Virus record (IMG/VR): IMGVR_UViG_3300032805_000004
Span: 1-64,000 of that record
DNA from: a virus
Direction: 5' to 3' (one strand)
DNA: 64,000 nt
Part shown: positions 18,747 to 27,800 of the stretch, in pieces
Layout of the letters: every line of letters begins with the position of its first letter
Position numbering within the stretch: position 1 is the first letter of the stretch
Notes under the pieces: model-generated
The model's input: the letters and a program-made list of their open reading frames with translations, nothing else
The model's database searches: none
Told to the model about the DNA's origin: nothing
Made by a program: the position numbers and the translations under genes

Positions 18747-21700
18747 CGATCTGTTACCCCCCGCTAAGCGGGTGGGCTGGTCATTTCTGCCAGCCTCTGC
18801 ATCTTTCCCATCGATGCAGACCGGACTGTCTCACGCTCTGCGGCCGGGCGCCCGTAATGCCCCGGGTGGCCGTCCATAACACAGAGCCAGCACGTACAGT
18901 CTCTACACTGCGGCGGGCATCGCCGCAGCTCGGGATTCCCCAGCAATTGGAGGGGTTCCCCGAACAGTGCCGTTTTCCACGGCAGGTCACCCTGCCGCGC
19001 CACCCATTCAGTTCAGCGAGAACTGGACGTTGTTGATGGAATAGCGGAACGAGGCATCGATGACGGGCCAGGCGATAGACGCGTAATCTTGTACACACGT
19101 CATTTCCCAGGCATTAGCGACATTCGTCCACGTCTGTGGCAACTGGTAGGACATCAGGAGTGCGGTGCCCTGGGTGAGCCACGGGTGGACGACCAGCTTG
19201 AGGATGGATCGGGTGATGGGGTTCTGGAACTCGCTGACCGCTGCGCCGACGCGGACGCCGGCGACGTCGGGCTGGTCGAGGAACAGCCGGTAGTTCGTGG
19301 CCGTGCCCTGCGAGATCACATCGTTGGACAGGCGCATGATGTCGCCGCCGTCACCGACCAGCTCAGCCGGGTCAGCGCGGAACGCACCCGGCGTAGTAGA
19401 ACCGGTCTGCGACTCCCACAACGCGTCAAGCGCCGTGTAGATGGTGTTGTACCCGAGGTGGGTGCCCACACCCTGGTTGACGTAACCGCCCTGCCAGTTC
19501 GCCGGGTACACACCCGCAGTCGCGGACCTGCCGGTCAGGGTGGGGATGATCCCCTCCATGCGGGTCGCCGCACCAGTACCGGTGTCAGCCGCCGGCGGCG
19601 CCGCAGTCGTAGTGATGATCGCACCCTGAACCGTGTAGCGGAGACCGCCGATCCCGGACACCTGCTTGAGGCAGGCCGTCGAAGCCGACGCGCCTGTAGC
19701 GGAGAAGGCGTAGATATTCCACGACAGGGCACCTGGCGGCAGGGTCACCGTCAGGTCAAACACGGATGTACCGGACGTGTACACGGCGTCGATCACATTG
19801 GATGCGACGGTTTCGCCGTAGTAGTTGGTTGCGGTCACACAGAACGACAGGTGAGTGCTGACGTCCGTTACTGCGGTCTCGTTCGAGCCGGGAGTCCGGG
19901 CAGTCGCCGACACCAGCGTTGGCGGTATCAGGGTTGTCGATGTGCCGGCGAGCATCATGTACTCTTCCGCGCTGTTACCTCTCGCTTACTGAAAAGCGAG
20001 CGGGCTGGTCATTTCTGCCAGCCTCTCATGCTTTCACATGAGGCCGGACCATATCTTCACCCCACGTGGGGTGCCACGTACATGGTCTCTGAACCATCCC
20101 GTCGGAGCGAATCCAGGCGGGCTCGGCTGCTGATTTTCCCTACCCTTGGCTTCTCGAACCGTCGCGCTCGGGCTTTCGCCCCACGCTGTGGTGCCAAGGT
20201 CTAACAGGATGTCCCAGCAATTCTCGCGGTTTAGGCTGGGCAAAGAGGTCTCAACCCAGCATCATTTCCTGTAGCAAAATGCACGCTTGTTACTCACCAT
20301 CCCTGGGATGGCGGGGCTGGTCATTTCTGCCAGCCTCTGCACGTCTCCGTGCAGGTCAGACTATGTCTCCATCTGGTTTAGGTATCGGACGCAGGTTTCT
20401 TGCCCCTCCGGCTGCGGATGATCGCAACCGGGTCCTCCTCCGGATACAGGCCGAACCGCTTAACGAGATGCTCAACACAGCCATCTACATCGGCTTCGAC
20501 CTGCTCGTTGGTGAACCGGACGACCGTGTAGCCAGCATCGCTGAGCGCGGCATCGCGCTGCCTGTCGAACTCTGCGGCTGCTGGCATCTGGTGTCCCCAG
20601 CTGTCGATCTCAACAATGACCGGCTGCTGGTGGAGCTTGATGTCAGGGTAGTAGCGGTCCAGCTCGCGAGACTGTGTCTCGAAGCTGAGCGCGGCCCTGA
20701 TTAGTGTCTGCTGGAACAACTGCTCCTGCGGCGAGTTCATCTTCGGCGACTGCAATCCGAGTCGCCGGAATCGCTCACGCTGGGCTCCCTGGAAGGCGCC
20801 GCGTTCTGTAGCTTCGCGGCGCTTCTCGTACTGCTCCGGCCCCCATGTCCAGCCGTCGTGGCCGCTCCTGCGCATTTCCGTACCAGACATCCAGAGCCGC
20901 AGGTAGATGCTGCTCTGACTGCTGTGGAATCGCTCAGCAAGTTCAGAGGCGGTAGCGCCGTCCTCGTAGAGCTTGCGAAGCTCGTCAGGGTCTAGGTGTT
21001 CTTGCCGCCATCGTCTACGGCTGTTGACGCCTAGTTCTTTGGCCTTGCGGCTGACGGTTTCGGGAGCGACACCGTACTCCTTCGCTACGGCCTTGAAGGA
21101 ACCCAGTCGTTCGTAGTCCGCCCGGAGGTTGTTCCAGTCCAATCCAGATGCTCCGCGTGTAGTCGTTACGGCTCGCCCGCTACGTGCGGGATTGCCTCGG
21201 CGTTGTCCACATGACCCATCATATCATGGATGATGATGGCGAAGGAGGTTCACCGATACAGCGGAGATCCCATCCGCACGTCACCGTGCGGTGGCCCCCT
21301 AATTGAGGTTTGCTAGCGCGGAAATGTCTTCGAATCCTTGCCCGGCGAATTGGGCGAGCCAGGAAAGGGATTCCGTAAGCCCGAAGAAGCGGTACGGTAC
21401 CGCCAGATTCACTTCGGTCTGTGCGCCGGCGCCTGGCAGGTTGTTCGGCCAGTTCGCGGCACCGAGGCCACCGCCGGCCTGCACCAGTTCGGGGATCGAG
21501 ATGTCGACGACGCCCTGGCCGCCGGTCTGTGATCCGGAGATGCCGGTGATGACACGTTCTTGCCGCATGGTGCCTTGGCCTTGTGGCCGAGGTAGCTTGT
21601 TGCGGAAAACGGTATAAACCGGATAAATGAGACGAGATGGTGCAAGAAGGTCAAACGGGACCAAACCGGACACGGTGCCGATCCCGAGATTCCCTGCGGT

Positions 21701-22105
21701 GAAGGACTTGAGCGCGTCGGCGCCGCCGGGCATGCCGCTCACGAGCTGGGTGAGCTGGTCACCGATCGACGGCATCGACAGGGCGGCCTTCAACCGGCCG
21801 AACTGGTTGAGGAAGCCCTGGTCGAAGCCTTTGTTGACGACCGCGTGTTTGTCGTTGTAGCCGCGCCATGTTTCGGTGCGGAGTGCCATGGTGGCGGTGT
21901 GGGTGCGGGTAGCGATGTCGGCCTGGTCGGTCAGCGGGGTGTTCCCGCCGGGCTGGGAGAACCCGGCGCCTTTGACCATGGCAGGCATCCGGGCTTTGAT
22001 CATGTCGCCGGTGCCGCGTGCCCCGGCTGATTCTGCTGCGGCCTGCTCGAAGACGCCGCCGGGGGCGGTCGCTCCGTCGATGGCCGGCGGTGTGGTGGTT
22101 GCCAC
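18656..22105 (-). CDS. Major capsid protein, 4 exons: join(complement 22105-21306, 20281-20254, 19967-19036, 18746-18656), 616 aa
   Basis: Exon lengths 800+28+932+91=1851 nt form one open frame: ...ISALANL|ILLQEMMLG|EEYMMLAG...FRYSI|FLFGALVASAPFYSGILQGLQVSDTTPYS*; follows the prohead protease; PFDL..P....YP...FRN.LPR capsid-type motif. Confidence 0.88.
18747..19035 (-). ncRNA. Group I intron 3 (289 nt, ORF-less)
   Basis: Exon ends CCAU pairing with GUGG (U-G at splice site); P3 CGGCAC/GUGCUG; P7 GACUG/CAGUC; terminal G. Confidence 0.88.
19036..19967 (-). CDS. Major capsid exon 3
   Basis: Corresponds to ORF 19008-19958, extended to EEY at 19967. Confidence 0.85.
19968..20253 (-). ncRNA. Group I intron 2 (286 nt, ORF-less)
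   Basis: P1 CUGGGU/GCCCAG; AAUUGCUGGGA (P) and AAUCAGCAG (Q) elements; P7 GACCA/UGGUC in AAGAUAUGGUCC; terminal G. Confidence 0.9.
20254..20281 (-). CDS. Major capsid micro-exon 2 (28 nt)
   Basis: C ATT TTG CTA CAG GAA ATG ATG CTG GGT lies between a terminal G and a U-G P1; restores the frame. Confidence 0.85.
20378..21142 (-). CDS. Intron-encoded HTH + Vsr/DUF559-like homing endonuclease
   Basis: Two HTH repeats; SPQE...YYPDI...VEIDSWGH...DRQRD..L...GYTVVRFTN. Confidence 0.88.
   Translation of the reverse strand: MDWNNLRADYERLGSFKAVAKEYGVAPETVSRKAKELGVNSRRRWRQEHLDPDELRKLYEDGATASELAERFHSSQSSIYLRLWMSGTEMRRSGHDGWTWGPEQYEKRREATERGAFQGAQRERFRRLGLQSPKMNSPQEQLFQQTLIRAALSFETQSRELDRYYPDIKLHQQPVIVEIDSWGHQMPAAAEFDRQRDAALSDAGYTVVRFTNEQVEADVDGCVEHLVKRFGLYPEEDPVAIIRSRRGKKPASDT
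21218..21226 (-). promoter_or_regulatory. Extended -10 promoter (TGn-TATGAT) inside intron 1, probably driving the endonuclease
   Basis: TGATATGAT about 75 nt upstream of TTG 21142. Confidence 0.45.
21306..22105 (-). CDS. Major capsid exon 1
   Basis: ORF 21299-22105; its TAG lies in the intron P1 loop; GGAGG RBS. Confidence 0.85.
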
Positions 22106-22132
22106 ACGCCTCCTATGTGGTGATAGGCGCGC

Positions 22133-24850
22133 CTAGGGGAGTCCGAGGAGCCGCTGGATCGCCTTGTAGGCGTTTTCGCGGGTCGCCGGGTCCGGGTCGG
22201 TGCGCCACGTCTGGGTGAGGTCGTTCAGCAGCGTCCCTTGTGCGGTGGACGCTGCTTTCTGGACCGCGCTGGCAGGCTCCGCCTGGGCACGCGCGGGCGG
22301 GTAGCCGGACATGAGTCCCTTGAATGGGGGGTCTCGCGGGTCCGGCATGCGTGCCATTTCCTCGACCTGGGCCCGGAGTTCGTCGTAGTCGCGCCGCGAC
22401 TTTTCGAGCTGGGCGTGCAGATCACCGATCTGCTTGGTGAGGTCTGGGCTGGTGATGGTGTTGCCGACCGCCGCCTTGTTGACGGTGGAAGTTTTGTCGG
22501 TCCCGGCCTGTGGTGGTGGGACTGGCTCGGGTTCGGCTGTCTTAGTCACATCCGGTTCGGGCTGGGCCGCGGGCGGCTGGGCCGTCTTGCCGGACATGGG
22601 GCACAGGTCGGGGAACGTCTGCGCGATGTGGTCGTGCATGGACTGCATCGCGCTGCGGGCCGAGTCGCGGGTGGCGTTCGTGTAGAAGGTGCGGCCTGGG
22701 CGTCCCGTCGCCGCGGGCGGCGTGACTTTGTCGTTGGAGCCCTCGTCGCTGGACGGGGACGGCCGTTCGTGGCCGGCGGTGACCGGGCCGCGGTTGTAGT
22801 CACCCGCGTCCGGCCTGGTCGTCGGAACTTTCACGTCCGGTTTGCCGACGGTGTAGCCGGTGGAGGGCCGTTCATGCCCGGCGGTGAGCAGCGGCCGGTT
22901 GTACCGCCCGGCCTGCATGTCCCCTGGTGTCAGCGGTGAACCGGGGCCGGGGTTGGCGTCCTGGAACGCCTTGTGGAGCTCGTCGTGGACGCGGGCCAGC
23001 TCATCCGGGCTGGCCTCTTTCAGGGTTTCGGCGTGCCGCCACAGATCGGTCGCGTGGCGGGCTTCGTCGATGGGTGCCCCGGCGGCCTTGTCGACTGCGC
23101 GGTCCCGCCAGTAGCTGATGTCGACGGCGTCGCGGACGTCGGCGAGCCACGGGTAGGTGTCGCCGAGGGTTTTCGCTGAGTAGGCGGGGCAGAGCAGGTC
23201 GTGGAGGATCGCTTCGCCGGGGTGGGCGCCGGTGGCGGCGCGGCGGCGGGCGGCTTTCACCTCGAGCGGCGCGTCGGGGACGGTCGGCAGCCCGGCGTCG
23301 TGTTCGAGTGCTTCGATGGCGGGGCCGTCGGGTTCGCGGTGTTCCGGTACCGGATCGACGTTGATGCCCATTGCGTCGTCGCCGGGGGTGGGCTTGGCGG
23401 TCTTCTCTACGGCAGGGAGTTTCTTCCCGCAGTTCTCGCAGAATCTCGCCGGCGAGTCGGAGTGGTAGTTTTTCCCGCAGCCGTGGCAGGCTTTGCCGCC
23501 GGATTTGAACGCGGCCTGCGGCAGGCTGCCGCCCACCTGCTTCTTCGTGGTCTCTTCCTCGCCGGGGCCGCCGGGAGTGATGGCGCCGTCGCCGGCGCAG
23601 TCGGGGCATCTGCGGTTGCCGGCGAGGATTTTGCCGGAGCCCTTGCATGTCTTGCACTTCGTACCGGCCGTTTTGACCGCTGCGGCGCCCTTGGCTGCTT
23701 TGCGGGCGGCCTTGGCGGCCTTCTTCCCGGCCATCTCGTCCCGCCATGCCTGCGGCAGCTCCGCCACAAACGACGGGCCTTTCCGCTTGGCGATGCGGAT
23801 GATGTTCGACTTCAGTTTGTCTGAGCTGAAATTGTCTGCGCCTGCGCGGCCGATGGATGATGCGGCATCGGACACGTCGCCGGGTGTGACGATCGGGAAG
23901 GACCGGTTTTTCCCGGCGAAGTCCTCGGCGGGGATCTTGTCGCGGTCTACGCCGCCTCCGACGTCGGGGTCCATCTTGCGTTTGCTGATGCTGGGGGCGC
24001 CGCCGGTTTTGCCTACTTGTTCGTCGGCGTCGTCGGCTTCGATTTCGGCGTCGCTGGCCTCGGCGTCCTTCTGCTCACCCGAGTCGTCGCCGGATGCCCC
24101 ATCCCCATCGTCTCCGTCATCGTCCCCGTCGTCCCCGTCGTCCCCGTTTCCATCCCCGTCGTTGTCATCACCGGCCTTACCGTTGCTACCGTTGCTGCTA
24201 CCGCCTTTCTCCAGCTCGGCGCGCAGCCGCAGCAGTTTCGCCATGTCCGCCGGGGTGAACGTCACCGTCCCCGTGATCCCGCCGTCGTCTGGTGCGGCGG
24301 CCTTCGCGAGGAAATCCTCCGCGCCGAACACCTTCCCCGTCAGCTCCGCCGTCCCATCCGCAGCCGACTTCACCAGCTGGATGGAGCAGTTACCATTCGC
24401 CGGCCGGTCCACCAAGCTGAGCTCAGACAGCACCCCGCCTTTGATCAGGCCACCGCGGGCCTTACCGGTGATATCCCGTTCAATCACCGGCCGGGAGATC
24501 CCCACGCTGTAGGCGCGCAGTACCCCTTTCTCGACGAGACGCTTCGCTACGGGTTCGACGATGAGGGCCTTGACGTAGTGACCGTCCTCGGTGAACTCAA
24601 CACCGACGCCTTTACCGGCCGGGTCGCGCTGCGCCTGATGCTGGACGCGGACGTTCCCGCCTGTCTCCAGCCAGTCGGCGAGCGCTTTCCGGGACCAGGC
24701 CGGGTCCACGATTTGCTCATCGCTGTCCACGGTCCCGTCTGTAGCGCGGCCAAAGACCAGGAGATCCCCGTCTGCGTCCTTCTCGAATTTTTCGATGGGG
24801 AAGTGGGCGTAGGTGAGCAGATCGCTGTCAGCGGTCATTGTGGCGGCCAC
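22133..24850 (-). CDS. HK97-type prohead protease fused to scaffold/accessory domains
   Basis: VDSDEQIVD...VRVQH...YSVGI...ELSLVDRPAN; acidic linker, DFAGKNRSFPI domain, Zn ribbons, C-terminal coiled coil; GTG 24850 after AGGAGG. Confidence 0.85.
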   Translation of the reverse strand: MAATMTADSDLLTYAHFPIEKFEKDADGDLLVFGRATDGTVDSDEQIVDPAWSRKALADWLETGGNVRVQHQAQRDPAGKGVGVEFTEDGHYVKALIVEPVAKRLVEKGVLRAYSVGISRPVIERDITGKARGGLIKGGVLSELSLVDRPANGNCSIQLVKSAADGTAELTGKVFGAEDFLAKAAAPDDGGITGTVTFTPADMAKLLRLRAELEKGGSSNGSNGKAGDDNDGDGNGDDGDDGDDDGDDGDGASGDDSGEQKDAEASDAEIEADDADEQVGKTGGAPSISKRKMDPDVGGGVDRDKIPAEDFAGKNRSFPIVTPGDVSDAASSIGRAGADNFSSDKLKSNIIRIAKRKGPSFVAELPQAWRDEMAGKKAAKAARKAAKGAAAVKTAGTKCKTCKGSGKILAGNRRCPDCAGDGAITPGGPGEEETTKKQVGGSLPQAAFKSGGKACHGCGKNYHSDSPARFCENCGKKLPAVEKTAKPTPGDDAMGINVDPVPEHREPDGPAIEALEHDAGLPTVPDAPLEVKAARRRAATGAHPGEAILHDLLCPAYSAKTLGDTYPWLADVRDAVDISYWRDRAVDKAAGAPIDEARHATDLWRHAETLKEASPDELARVHDELHKAFQDANPGPGSPLTPGDMQAGRYNRPLLTAGHERPSTGYTVGKPDVKVPTTRPDAGDYNRGPVTAGHERPSPSSDEGSNDKVTPPAATGRPGRTFYTNATRDSARSAMQSMHDHIAQTFPDLCPMSGKTAQPPAAQPEPDVTKTAEPEPVPPPQAGTDKTSTVNKAAVGNTITSPDLTKQIGDLHAQLEKSRRDYDELRAQVEEMARMPDPRDPPFKGLMSGYPPARAQAEPASAVQKAASTAQGTLLNDLTQTWRTDPDPATRENAYKAIQRLLGLP

Positions 24851-24888
24851 ACGCCTCCTAGGCGGGGATGACGGACAGTGGAAGGTGT

Positions 24889-27800
24889 TCAGGCGGGCCG
24901 CAGGAGGACCGCGGGTTGCTGCGTGATGAGCTGCTGCCCCGGCGGGTCGATGTGCGCGGGGGCAGCAGGGGCGATACGCCCTGGTGGGGTGACATCGACG
25001 CCCATAGGTGGTGCGAAGACGACGTCGATGGTCATCGGTGCCGCCGGGTTGATGACGATGGTCATCGGTGCTGCGGGTGCGGCGAGAACCGTGACGGGTG
25101 GCGGCACCGCCGCCGGCGGCGGCGGTGGCAGGTTGACCGGGCCGGTGATGCCGTGCGGGATGGTGACCCCGCGTGCGGGTGGCGACTGGAACCTGATGAT
25201 CGGGACCGTCGGCTGCGGCGTGCCCAGCGGCGGCGGTGGTGTGACGACCCGGGAGGCGAACCCGCGCCACAGAACCCGGTGCGGGGCTGGCCGGATCGCC
25301 TGCGGCGGCAGCGGCCGGTGCAGTACCGGGAGGCTGCCGAGCGGGGTGACGATCGCAGATGCGATCCCTGCGGCGATCTGGCCGCGTGGGCCGACCTGTG
25401 CCCGCGCCGGACTGGGCCGTTTAACCTGCGGCGCGGGCCGCTGGTAGGCGGTGACAACGGGTGGCGCCGGCGGCAGGTTGGTCGGGCCGTGAACAGGGCG
25501 GGGGCCTGTGTGGGCGCGTGCCGGTGGTGGTGGCCGGTATTCGACGATCGGGACGGTTGGCTGCGGCGCGCCCAGTACCGGGGGTTTGGCGACGGCCAAA
25601 CCGTGCCAGATAGCCCGTGCCGGGGTGGGACGCCGGATCTGCGGTGCGATGCGCTGGTAGGCGGTGACCGGGATGGGCGGCGGGGCGGCGGGGCCGGCGG
25701 CTCCGTACCACAAGACGCGCCGTGGCGGCGGCGGCCGGTATTCGACAACCGGGACAGTGGGCTGGGGTGTGCCGAGCGCGCGGAGTATGTAGGAGGCGAT
25801 GCCACCTGCGGTGCTCCCGTGCCCGACCCAGGCGCGGGCCGGGGCCGGGCGGCGGATCTGCGGTGCGATGCGCTGGTAGGCGGTGACAACCGGCGGTACC
25901 GGGGTGACGATCCGGGATGCGACACCGCCGGCCAGGGCTCCCCGCGGGCCGAGGCATGCGCGGTGCGGTGCGGGACGCTTGACCTGGACCGGTGGGCGCC
26001 GGTAGGCGGTGACGACCGGTATGAACGGCGGCGCAGACCCCGCGAGGCCGCCCCGCAGTCCACGGGGGACACGTACCGGCGGCCGGTATTCGACCACCGG
26101 GACTGTGGGCTGGGGGACGCCGGGGGGGATCGGGGGGTAGACGAGGGACCGCTGGATGTGCCCGGCGCGCAGGAAGACGACGCGGACACCGGCTGGCTGC
26201 GGAAGCCCGGGTGTGACGGCCGGCTGGTAGGGCGAAACGGCGGAGGTGAATACCCGGCCGTAGCGGCTGAGCGGCCCTCCGCTGCCGCCGGTAGCTGCGG
26301 GTGCGGCGGCAGCGGCACCGGATGCGGGCAGCGGCGAGACGGGCAGCCGGGCGGTGACCGGGCCATGGAGCGGGTAGAACTGTGGCCCGGCTGTACCTGG
26401 GGGCAGGTTGGTGAGGCCGCGGACGCCGCCGGCGACTGGGTTGTGGCCGGTCCATGCGCGGGTGATCTTCGGCGGGAACTGCGGGATCTTGCGCGCTGGC
26501 GGGGTCGACCCGAGTGGGGTGACAATCCGTGACGCGATACCGGCGCCCAGCGCGTCCCGGGCACCGGTTCTGGCGCGTGCGGGGGCAGGGCTGCGGAAGA
26601 TGAACGGGTACGGGCGGGCTGGTGTTCCGTACGGGGATGGGTTGACCAGCCCTATCTGGCCGGCGCCGACGGTACGCCGCCCGGCGGTAGCGCGCGTGGT
26701 TTTCGGCGGGAAGATCGGGACTTTCCGCGCGGGCGGGATCTGCCCTAGCGGGGTAATGATCTGCGAGGCGTAACCGGTGGCGGGCAGGCCGCGGGGGCCG
26801 AGGTGCGCCCGCGCGGGTGCGGGACGCTTGACCTGGACCGGTGGCCGCTGGTAGGCGGTGACGACCGGTGGCAGGTTCTGGGTGGCGAGCCCGCGCCACA
26901 GGATCCGGTGCGGCGGGTGCTGGATGACCGGCCGGGGTGGCGGCTTCGGGGCGCTGCCCAGCGGGGTGGCAACCGCAGAGGCGATACCGGACGCTGCCAG
27001 GCCACGCGGGCCGAGCCTGCCACGCGCCGGGGCGGGGGACCGGAAGACGAACGGCTTCGGCCGTGACGGTGTCCCAAGCGGCGGTGTGACGGCTGTGGCG
27101 GCGATACCGCCCGCGACCACACCACGGCCGATCCGGGCACGTGCCGGTATGACGGACCGGAAGACGATCGGTGAGATGAACGGCTGCGGGTAACCCAGCG
27201 GGGTGACGATCTGCGACGCGAGACCATCGCCGCATGCCAGGTTGCTGCCGAGCCGGGCACGGGCGGCCGGCGGGGACCGGAATATGAACGGGTGTGTCCG
27301 CAGCGCCGCCACAGCCGACGGGTAGTTTCGGGTGGCGACGCCGCGCCACAGCACCCGCCGTGGGGGCAGATGCTGGATGACGGGCCGTGGGGCAGGCTGC
27401 GACGGTGAACCAAGCGGGGTCGAAACCGCGCTTGCGACACCGCCCGCAGCCTGACCACGCAGGCCAAGCCGTGCCCTCGCCGGGGGGACGTGGACGAAGA
27501 CGGGGCGGGGCGGTGGCTGCTGCCGGAACCCGAGCGGGGTGACAATCTGGGATGCGACCCCGGCGGCGAGGAATGTGCCGGGGCCGATCTTTGCCCGGTG
27601 CGGCGGCAGGTGAACGATGACCGGACGCGGCGCAGGCTGCGGCGGGTAGCCCAGCGGTGTCACAACATGGGATGCGACACCTGCTGCAACTGTTCCGCGT
27701 GGCCCGCAGCGGGCACGAGCAGGCGCCGGGCTGCGGAACACGAACGGTTTCGGCGTTGCAGCCGCGCCGAGCGGGGTCTGCACCCCGCTGCGGCCAGCGC

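Larger units (their letters stand above)
20282..21305 (-). ncRNA. Group I intron 1 (1024 nt) with endonuclease ORF in the P8 loop
   Basis: P1 CCU|C/GGGG; P3 CUCCGC/GCGGAG; P7 GACUA/UAGUC; P8 CAUCUGG/CCAGAUG brackets the ORF; terminal G. Confidence 0.9.

Noticed and set aside
18774-20338. CRISPR-like repeats
   Set aside because: Spacing is irregular (about 300 and 1200 nt), the copies lie within introns, and there are no cas genes.
19008-22105. Two separate capsid-like genes or a pseudogene
   Set aside because: Group I intron signatures and exact frame restoration explain the breaks.
24851-25270. Upstream extension of the protease ORF to 25270
   Set aside because: It overlaps the Pro-rich gene. 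A strong AGGAGG precedes GTG 24850.
24868-27349. Long alternative ORFs (554, 500 and 642 aa) over the Pro-rich gene
   Set aside because: High-GC shadow frames. Codon position bias and the RBS favour 24889-28257.
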